Of a stretch of DNA of 31,151 nt, positions 8,998 through 16,064 are shown piece after piece (within the stretch, counting starts at the first letter, position 1; every line of letters begins with the position of its first letter). A program made the translations under genes and the position numbers. The notes beneath the pieces were generated by a model that worked only from the letters and a program-made list of their open reading frames with translations, was not told where the DNA came from and made no database searches. The stretch is taken from positions 1-31,151 of the forward strand of contig JACMPS010000391.1 in NCBI GenBank assembly GCA_014377395.1, in the 5' to 3' direction. Source of the DNA: Chthonomonadaceae bacterium. GTDB lineage: Bacteria > Armatimonadota > Chthonomonadetes > Chthonomonadales > Chthonomonadaceae.

Positions 8998-11796
8998 ATG
9001 CTAAACAAAATTCGCCTTGCAACGCTTTCGATACAGGAAAAATACCGAACCGCCACCCGACAACAGAGGCGGCTGTGGCTTGTAACGGCGATCTTTGCGG
9101 CGATGATCCTCTATCGTACCCCCGCACTCAACAAAATGGGGCTTGTGGTTTGGGTAATGGCGAATGGAATTTTTGCTCTTGTGGCAACAATTTGGGGTGC
9201 GTTTCATCCCCGGTGCGTAATCAAGGGCTGGCAAACAGCCACCAAATGGGCTATCGTGGGGGCTTTCGCAACCACGCTGGGCTTGCTTTCCGCCTTCGAT
9301 ACGCTGGTTTCGCAGAACGCGCCCATTCCTTACAGCCTGTTTTTAGTCGGGGTGCTGGTTTTGTTTCCGTTTCTGTGCGGGCTGTTCGCGCTTATCTCCC
9401 TGAGTGGTGCCGCTCTGGGAGCCTATGCGTATCGCCGCCGCCCGGAACTGATCGAAGAAGCCACGCGGTACGGGGTTTCCGTTCATTGGCTTTTGATTGC
9501 AATCACTCTGCCGTTGCTTTTTTTAGTGCATGGTTGGCTTAAACGGCACTTCGGAGAGGCGGTGTCAAGTCGATTTTTCAGCCCTAATTCTCTCACGCCG
9601 CTTTCGTTTCTGGCGGGGGGATTTGCGGTTTTTTCGCTGTTGCTGATCGCCCTCGTTCTCAAGGTGCAAAACGTTCCCTATCCCCTCAGCAAACGGCTTA
9701 GTCGTCGGTGGTCGCGCACCCTTGTCCGCAAGATTACGTTTCGTGGGAAGACGTATTCGGTCAGCCTTCGCGGGGGTTTGCTCGGTGGAATCGCGGCTTT
9801 GTTCATCCTCTCTGCGAGTATGGCGCACCTGCTCGAACCCCTGCAAACAGGCGTACTAACTTCCATGATGAAACTGGCGGACACTTTGCCCCTGAACCGA
9901 AAGACCGGGGCACTCGACGCAAGTTCGCCGAATCCCCCTGCGCCCAACCAACTGCGTTTTGTTGGCGGCGGTAAGGTTCGAAGTACACTTGACGCGAGTT
10001 CGCCGAATTCTCCGGCACCGCTCGTCATTCTGGAAATGGATCGGAGTTTGCGCCGCGAATCTCTGTATCGTCGCGACGAATGTGAGATACAGGGGCGCAT
10101 TATTCGAGAACTGGTCAAGTACGGGGCAAAGCGGATCGTGCTTCCCTTGCCCACGCTTGATATCAAAAACCTGCGTGCAAACGAAAATCGCTTTGAGGCA
10201 ATTCAGTACAAAGAAGCCACCCAACGAGCGAACACCGCACAAAAAGTGGATGCACTCTGCGCCACAATCCGCAAAGCAGGCAATGTGATTGTGGCAATCG
10301 TTCCCAACCGAACACAGCAGGGAACCTCCAAAAGCCTTCATAAATTGACGGCAAACGAGCAAAAGATCGCAGAGGCGGCAAAATCGGTCGTCTCGCTCAC
10401 GCAGGAAACGTTTGGAGCCACCCGCTTGCCCTGCCTGCAAATTGGGCGTAGAGAAGCACTGAATGCCGCCCCCCGTCTTTTTGCGGCACTGACCGATAGT
10501 CCCGATGAGGAACAATCCCTCCCTCTTGAAGACCGTGCCATAATCGCAGGAGCTTCATTCCCGATTGCGGTACAGGGGCGGGTGATCGTGGACTTCGGGG
10601 CAATGGATCTGGAGAAAGACATTCTCCACTTGAGTTACAGTGATATTCAGCACGGCGAAGACCTTTTGCGTCAGGTAGGGGATAAAAAGGAGGGCAAAAA
10701 GGGTGCGGAGTGGGAAACCACCGGGCTTGCGTGTCGGGGAAAGATTGTGTTTCTTGATGCGTTGGTGCGTGATTCACAGGAAACGTTCATGGGCAGAATC
10801 TCCAGTATCGAGGTGATTGCTCACACGACGGAAGCCCTCTACTCGAAGCGCGTCATTGAGCGTTTTTCTCCGGTTCTACTGTTCTTTCTGACGTTGGTAC
10901 TGTGCGTGGTGGGCGGACATTTCACCTACCGCAACAATCCATTCGATGCGGCATGGCGGCTGGCGGCTCCCCTTCTCCCGATTGTCGCCTCCAGTTTTAT
11001 CACGCTTTTGGTGAAAGAGGTGTGGTTCGATCCGGTTCCGCTAATTCTCGGTCTGCTTTTGACTTATGTGTTTGTGGTGCAATCGGGCTACAGTGTAGAG
11101 CGGGATGAGCGGGAACGTAATCGCGCCCTGCTGAAGCGGTTTGTGTCTCCACAGGTGATCGAGAAGTATCTGGACGAGCCGGAGTTGTTGGGACTTGGTG
11201 GGGTGAAGCAACAGGTTTGCGTGATTTTTGTGGATGTGCGGAACTTCACGGGCTTTGCCGAGTCGCGTGATCCGCAGGAAGTCATTTCCGCAATCAACGA
11301 ATATATGGGCGGTCTCACCGTTGCGCTTCGCGCCGGAAACGGGATTCTGGACAAGTATACCGGAGACGGGCTAATGGCGTTTTTCCCGATCAACAGTGAG
11401 GGTCTCACGGCAACCATTCCTCACGCCCTCGGAACCGCAATTGAAATGCAACGCGAAGCCCTCCGTATTTCGGTACGCCGTGCGCGGGAGGGCAAGGCAA
11501 TTTTGCATTTGGGAATCGGGGTGCATTATGGAGAGGCAGTTACGGGGCTAGTCGGAAGTGATGAGCAGTTGAGTTATACGGCAATGGGGCTGACGGTGGT
11601 GGTGAGTGCGCGACTGCAAAGTCTGGCGGGAGGAGGGGAAGTCGTGATGAGCGAAAGTGTCCATGCGGCGGCGGGCGATGCTATTCCCGGCGATGCCACC
11701 ATTCAACTCGGCGAACCGATCAAGGTAAAAGGGGTGACGGAACTGATTGCGCCTTATCGTTTGAGTTTCAATCCGGTGGAACCCTCTGTCGGTTAG
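8998..11796 (+). CDS. Membrane-bound class III adenylate/guanylate cyclase with CHASE2-like sensor domain
   Basis: 'VIFVDVRNFT', 'LDKYTGDGLMAFF', 'GIGVHYGEAVTG', 'ARLQSLAGGGEVVMSE'. CHASE2-like 'SYSDI...GKIVFL...EVIAH' followed by 3 TMs. Start is ATG 8998 or GTG 8953. Confidence 0.88.
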   Translation: MLNKIRLATLSIQEKYRTATRQQRRLWLVTAIFAAMILYRTPALNKMGLVVWVMANGIFALVATIWGAFHPRCVIKGWQTATKWAIVGAFATTLGLLSAFDTLVSQNAPIPYSLFLVGVLVLFPFLCGLFALISLSGAALGAYAYRRRPELIEEATRYGVSVHWLLIAITLPLLFLVHGWLKRHFGEAVSSRFFSPNSLTPLSFLAGGFAVFSLLLIALVLKVQNVPYPLSKRLSRRWSRTLVRKITFRGKTYSVSLRGGLLGGIAALFILSASMAHLLEPLQTGVLTSMMKLADTLPLNRKTGALDASSPNPPAPNQLRFVGGGKVRSTLDASSPNSPAPLVILEMDRSLRRESLYRRDECEIQGRIIRELVKYGAKRIVLPLPTLDIKNLRANENRFEAIQYKEATQRANTAQKVDALCATIRKAGNVIVAIVPNRTQQGTSKSLHKLTANEQKIAEAAKSVVSLTQETFGATRLPCLQIGRREALNAAPRLFAALTDSPDEEQSLPLEDRAIIAGASFPIAVQGRVIVDFGAMDLEKDILHLSYSDIQHGEDLLRQVGDKKEGKKGAEWETTGLACRGKIVFLDALVRDSQETFMGRISSIEVIAHTTEALYSKRVIERFSPVLLFFLTLVLCVVGGHFTYRNNPFDAAWRLAAPLLPIVASSFITLLVKEVWFDPVPLILGLLLTYVFVVQSGYSVERDERERNRALLKRFVSPQVIEKYLDEPELLGLGGVKQQVCVIFVDVRNFTGFAESRDPQEVISAINEYMGGLTVALRAGNGILDKYTGDGLMAFFPINSEGLTATIPHALGTAIEMQREALRISVRRAREGKAILHLGIGVHYGEAVTGLVGSDEQLSYTAMGLTVVVSARLQSLAGGGEVVMSESVHAAAGDAIPGDATIQLGEPIKVKGVTELIAPYRLSFNPVEPSVG

Positions 11797-11847
11797 GGGG
11801 AAACTGGGGAATAAATTTGTGGGCGATAAGGGCGCGAAATGAGTTTA

Positions 11848-11970
11848 CCGGGGAATAAATTCCCCGGCTACACACGAGCGAAGTCCACCTCCGTGGACTG
11901 AGAGGGAAGTTTGCATTGAGTCCACGAAGGTGGACTCCGCGTCTTGAGAGCCGGAGGTTTTAACCTCCGG
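11848..11970. repeat. Inverted REP doublet, family B (REPIN-like)
   Basis: Reverse unit at 11848-11899, 19-nt spacer, forward unit at 11919-11970 with variant second hairpin ccggaggttttaacctccgg. Confidence 0.8.
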
Positions 11971-12023
11971 ACAACCTCCAATCCGGGACGCCAGACAACA
12001 AATTCTCCAACGAAAGAGACCCT

Positions 12024-12596
12024 ATGACTCACATTCCCCCGACAGAAGAGAAGGTTTTTATGACCTCGGCAAAGTGGCGGCAAGAGCGTCCTCATATTCT
12101 GGTTGTCGCCTGTTCCGATGGGCGGTATCAGGAAGCCCTCGACGAGTTTCTACTCAATCATCTGGGCATTGAAGATTATGATCGTCTTTATGCGCCTGGT
12201 GGACCCGGTGCGCTTGTTTCTTCGGCGATCTCCCACTTTCGAGGCGTCCAATTTCAGGATGAAGCAAAATTCTTGCTTGACGCGCATGGGTTGGAGCGCG
12301 TTATTCTGATTGTACATGGGCCCGTTGAGGGAAGCAGACCTTCCGAAGCCCGTTGTGCCGACTACCTGCGGAAGATGCCGGGGAACAGCGTCGGCGAGAT
12401 GCGGCTTCGTCAGGCGGAAGACCTGAGCCGGGTCGCCACACTAATGAAAAGCCATAAGCCTACCGTCAGCCTACAGATTTTCGCGGCGGAGGTGCGTGAG
12501 GACAGACGGGTTCAGTTTGTGCCCGTGCCTGTTCTCTCGGATTATACGTTTCCGTTGTGGGGAAGTGCCGACTTTTTCTCCGGTTTGGATCGCTAG
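12024..12596 (+). CDS. Beta-carbonic-anhydrase-like protein
   Basis: CxDxR motif 'ACSDGRY', 'PGG', then 'VILIVH-x12-CADY'. Start is 12024 or 12060. Confidence 0.6.
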   Translation: MTHIPPTEEKVFMTSAKWRQERPHILVVACSDGRYQEALDEFLLNHLGIEDYDRLYAPGGPGALVSSAISHFRGVQFQDEAKFLLDAHGLERVILIVHGPVEGSRPSEARCADYLRKMPGNSVGEMRLRQAEDLSRVATLMKSHKPTVSLQIFAAEVREDRRVQFVPVPVLSDYTFPLWGSADFFSGLDR

Positions 12597-12628
12597 CGCC
12601 TACTCTTGTGACATTTTTTGCTCAGGGC

Positions 12629-12657
12629 TTGACAAATTGCGATTACGGGAGTAAACT
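12629..12657 (+). promoter_or_regulatory. Sigma70 promoter for the DUF2294-kdp locus
   Basis: TTGACA (12629-12634), 17 nt, TAAACT (12652-12657). Confidence 0.75.
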
Positions 12658-12743
12658 GTCCCTGCAATCAAACAGTGTGGCGACGGTCACAATCTGGAAG
12701 ATGAGCGTAAGGGTCAGCCCGAAACTGTCCAGTGCGCGACTAG

Positions 12744-12810
12744 TCCAGCGTTCACAGAGAGTTCCGCGAGGCGGAAGTGTTTCTGTTGAGACGCTGGATT
12801 TTTTCTTTTC
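12744..12810 (+). terminator. Terminator-like hairpin in leader 1
   Basis: tccagcgt / acgctgga outer stem with inner acagaga/tttctgt and ttccgc/gcggaa stems, followed by ttttttctttt directly before ATG 12814. Confidence 0.65.
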
Positions 12811-12813
12811 ATT

Positions 12814-13242
12814 ATGGAAACAAAGTCCGCAACTCGAATTACGAAAGGCACGATGGAAGCGGAAATTGCCGCCGCCACCGTTCGCACACAGCGCGAACAG
12901 ATCGGACGCGGAGCCACCGATGTACGTGCTTATATCGTCGGGGAAATGGCAATTGTGCGCTGTACCGGCATTCTTACCCCCGCCGAGGCGCACCTTATCG
13001 CTACAGAAGAGGGTTGCAAACTCGTGCAACAATCGCGCACGGAACTGCGCCGTATCATTTGTACCGAAATGGAAACGATGATTGCAGGAATTGTCGGATG
13101 TCGCGTGTTGCGCTCTTATGGAGACGTGAACGCAGAAGCCGGAGAGCTCGTCGAGGTTTACATTTTAGAAACCGATCTTGAAAAGCGGTTGCTCAGGCAG
13201 GACTTAAACCGTCTTAACGGTCTGATGCCTAACATCAAATAA
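12814..13242 (+). CDS. DUF2294 (MpsC-like) domain protein
   Basis: 'TKGTMEAEIA...IGRGATDVRAYIV...GILTPAE...EEG...SRTEL...GCRVLRSYGDV...GELVEVYIL' fits the family pattern. Confidence 0.85.
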   Translation: METKSATRITKGTMEAEIAAATVRTQREQIGRGATDVRAYIVGEMAIVRCTGILTPAEAHLIATEEGCKLVQQSRTELRRIICTEMETMIAGIVGCRVLRSYGDVNAEAGELVEVYILETDLEKRLLRQDLNRLNGLMPNIK

Positions 13243-13303
13243 AAAACTTGGTTGCCGAACACGAGGCATGACCTCCCAAACTGGGAGGCATGAAGCGCAA
13301 TGG

Positions 13304-13377
13304 AGACCGAAAATGCACGGAAAAGTGACTCTACCTTGAGTGACCGAACCCGTCATTTTCGGTCTTTTTTTGTTTTT
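13304..13377 (+). terminator. Intrinsic terminator in leader 2, upstream of the kdp micropeptides
   Basis: 12-bp stem agaccgaaaatg (13304-13315) / cattttcggtct (13354-13365), then tttttttgttttt. Confidence 0.75.
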
Positions 13378-13390
13378 GGAGAAGACAGAA

Positions 13391-13492
13391 ATGGATGCAC
13401 TGATTGGAATTGCTCTTTACATTATTTTACTTGTATTCTATTTCATTCCGGGATACTTCGTTAAGCGTTCCCACAAATCCACAAAGAGGTAA
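13391..13492 (+). CDS. Small membrane peptide (33 aa), MDALIGIALYIILLVFYFIPGYFVKRSHKSTKR
   Basis: GGAG SD at 13378-13381, one hydrophobic helix and a basic tail. Not in the ORF track because it is too short. Confidence 0.55.
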   Translation: MDALIGIALYIILLVFYFIPGYFVKRSHKSTKR

Positions 13493-13495
13493 CTT

Positions 13496-13579
13496 ATGAT
13501 CGACGTACTTTATGTGATCGTCGCCGTTCTCTCGTTTGCCGTTTGCGCCGCCTATGTGCGCGGTTGCGACAAACTTTAA
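13496..13579 (+). CDS. Kdp-associated small membrane peptide (27 aa), MIDVLYVIVAVLSFAVCAAYVRGCDKL
   Basis: AGAGG SD. TM helix ending 'YVRGCDKL', a type of peptide I recognise from upstream of kdpF in other kdp operons. Confidence 0.7.
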   Translation: MIDVLYVIVAVLSFAVCAAYVRGCDKL

Positions 13580-13597
13580 CCCTACAGGAGAACCCCC

Positions 13598-13684
13598 ATG
13601 TTCGAGATGATTCTTGCTATCGCTGTCGCCGTCGGGTTGCTCGTCTACCTGCTCTACGCGATGCTCAAACCGGAGAAGTTCTAA
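13598..13684 (+). CDS. kdpF: K+-transporting ATPase subunit F
   Basis: MFEMILAIAVAVGLLVYLLYAMLKPEKF has the classic 'YL.YA...PEKF' ending. AGGAG SD. Confidence 0.92.
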   Translation: MFEMILAIAVAVGLLVYLLYAMLKPEKF

Positions 13685-13687
13685 CCC

Positions 13688-15541
13688 ATGACAACCAACG
13701 GGCTACTACAAATCGCGCTCTTCTTTATCGTGCTGGTCTTGCTAACAAAGCCGATGGGCGCGTATATGAAAAAAGTTTTCGAGGGAGAAAAGCACACGCT
13801 CTCCTCTCCTCTTGGCTGGCTAGAGCGGATCATCTACCGCGTCTGCGGCATAGATCCCGCTCAGGAGATGCGCTGGACAACCTACGCCTTTGCCCTTCTC
13901 GCATTCAGCGTGGTAGGGATGGTCTTTTCGTATGTCGCGTTACGCGCGCAAAGCCTGTTGCCCTTCAATCCGCAGGGCTTTGGCACAAAGGAAATGGCTC
14001 CCGATCTTGCCTTCAACACCGCCGCTTCCTTTACGACAAATACGAACTGGCAGTCCTATGTCCCGGAAACCACGATGTCGTATTTCTCGCAAATGGTGGC
14101 GTTGGCAATCCATAACTGGATGAGTGCCGCTTCAGGAGCCGCTGTCGCCATTGCCGTTGTGCGTGGCTTCTCACGGCGCGAAGTCAACTCACTCGGCAAC
14201 TTCTGGGCGGACGTTGTGCGCGTCACACTTTATGTTCTCGCGCCGATTTGCCTTGTTTACACACTGTTTCTCGTGGCTTCAGGCGTACCACAGAACTTCT
14301 CGCCCTACGTGAAGGCAACCACGCTGGAGGGAGTGGCACAAACCATTGCAATGGGGCCCGTCGCTTCACAAGAGGCGATCAAAAATCTCGGAACGAACGG
14401 CGGCGGTTTCTTCAATGCAAACGCCGCGCATCCCTTCGAGAACCCGACTCCGCTTGTCAACTTCATTCAGATGTTGTCCATCTTTTTGATCCCGGCGGGC
14501 TTGACCTATACGTTCGGGAAAATGGTAGGTAATGCAAAACAAGGATGGGCAATCTTTGCGGCAATGTCAATCATGTTCTTCGCAGGGGTCGGGGTAGCAT
14601 ACAAATACGAGGCGGCAGGAACTCCTGGACTCGTCAAAGCCGGGGTACAAACCGCCGCCACCGAAACTCAGTCGGGCGGCAACATGGAGGGCAAAGAAAC
14701 CCGTTTCGGGATAGCCAACTCCGCGCTGTTCGCCACCGTCACGACAGATGCTTCTTGCGGAGCCGTCAATGCGATGCACGACTCGTTCACGCCTTTGGGT
14801 GGCCTCGTTCCGCTAATCAATATCATGGCGGGCGAAGTGATCTTTGGAGGTGTGGGGGCGGGACTTTACGGAATTTTGATGTTCGCCGTGATCGCCGTCT
14901 TTATCGCCGGACTTATGGTGGGGAGAACGCCGGAATATCTCGGTAAGAAAATCGAGCAATTCGAGGTGAAAATGGCGATCCTCGCTGTCCTTGTCCTTGA
15001 TGCTTCCATCTTAGGATTCACGATGTTAGGCACTAACCTGAGTTTACCACCCGGTGCCACTTCGCAGACTTTCACAGAGGCACAGGCGGCGGACGAGGCG
15101 AAACTGCCTCCCCTCGCAAAATGGAACCATGTCAACAGCTCTTCACCGAGCAACTACTATGGTGCCACCTATAATAATGTCAACAATAGCGGTGCACACG
15201 GCTTCAGCGAAATTCTCTACGCTTACACGTCGGCGACGGGAAACAACGGCTCCGCCTTCGCCGGAATCACGGCGAACACACCCTACTATAATGTGACCTT
15301 AGGGCTTGCAATGATCATCGGGCGATTCCTGATGATCGTGCCACTGCTCGCAATGGCAGGGAAGCTCGCACAGAAAAAGTTCGTTCCCGCCTCATCGGGA
15401 ACCTTCCCGACGGACAGCGGAACCTTTGTTGTTCTTCTGATCGGAACCGTGATTCTCGTGGGTGCGCTGACCTATTTCCCGGCACTCGCTCTGGGACCCA
15501 TCGTGGAACACTTCCAGATGAACGCGGGGAAGGTGTTTTAA
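13688..15541 (+). CDS. kdpA: K+-transporting ATPase subunit A
   Basis: 'SFTTNTNWQSY', 'LGTNGGGFFNAN', 'SCGAVNAMHDS', 'GNNGSAFAG'. Confidence 0.98.
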   Translation: MTTNGLLQIALFFIVLVLLTKPMGAYMKKVFEGEKHTLSSPLGWLERIIYRVCGIDPAQEMRWTTYAFALLAFSVVGMVFSYVALRAQSLLPFNPQGFGTKEMAPDLAFNTAASFTTNTNWQSYVPETTMSYFSQMVALAIHNWMSAASGAAVAIAVVRGFSRREVNSLGNFWADVVRVTLYVLAPICLVYTLFLVASGVPQNFSPYVKATTLEGVAQTIAMGPVASQEAIKNLGTNGGGFFNANAAHPFENPTPLVNFIQMLSIFLIPAGLTYTFGKMVGNAKQGWAIFAAMSIMFFAGVGVAYKYEAAGTPGLVKAGVQTAATETQSGGNMEGKETRFGIANSALFATVTTDASCGAVNAMHDSFTPLGGLVPLINIMAGEVIFGGVGAGLYGILMFAVIAVFIAGLMVGRTPEYLGKKIEQFEVKMAILAVLVLDASILGFTMLGTNLSLPPGATSQTFTEAQAADEAKLPPLAKWNHVNSSSPSNYYGATYNNVNNSGAHGFSEILYAYTSATGNNGSAFAGITANTPYYNVTLGLAMIIGRFLMIVPLLAMAGKLAQKKFVPASSGTFPTDSGTFVVLLIGTVILVGALTYFPALALGPIVEHFQMNAGKVF

Positions 15542-15552
15542 CCTATACGTTA

Positions 15553-15731
15553 CGCAGGAATGAATTCCGCGCTGGGAGGCTAAAGCCCCGTGTCCTTCGG
15601 ACACCAAAAACGCAGAGAAATGGACAGACGCAGAGCAAAATCCAGACGATAATTCCTGCCGGAAGACGCTATGAAGAGAATAAACAGGCAGTTGTGTCCG
15701 AAGGACACGGGGCGCGGAATTCATTCCTGCG
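15553..15731. repeat. Inverted REP doublet, family A (REPIN-like)
   Basis: Forward copy at 15553-15604 and reverse copy at 15694-15731, flanking an 89-nt spacer. Confidence 0.85.
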
Positions 15732-16064
15732 GTCACTGAAAATGCGGTAATGGCTTCGACAACGGCGGTTGCGGCAGCAATGGCAACAAACTTCCAGGGC
15801 AAATCAGGATAGTCAGGTGCGCTCTGCGGCGGTGAAGTTCCCTCGCAAAACGTTATCAAACACGGCGAAAACTACCTTCCTTCGCACTTGCGGGGCGTCA
15901 CTCTTCACAAAAGGGACATCCCCCCGCACAAAAGAGAACCCTTTCAGGGAGGAAATGTATCCTTCTCTCCGGTGGAAGTCACCAAACTTCCTGTGCGGGG
16001 AACAATCGCGCACCGAAACGATACCGAATCTTCGCGTATCTTCTTATAAATCACAGGCAAAGAG

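Noticed and set aside
13250-13360. c-di-AMP (ydaO) riboswitch upstream of kdp
   Set aside because: Only fragments resemble it (gttgccgaa and ccgaacccgtca). The core GGGGAACC, GGGGUGAAUC, GUAGGG and CUAAC elements are missing.
13543-14115. 190-aa ORF overlapping kdpF and kdpA
   Set aside because: Out-of-frame overlap with three better-supported genes.
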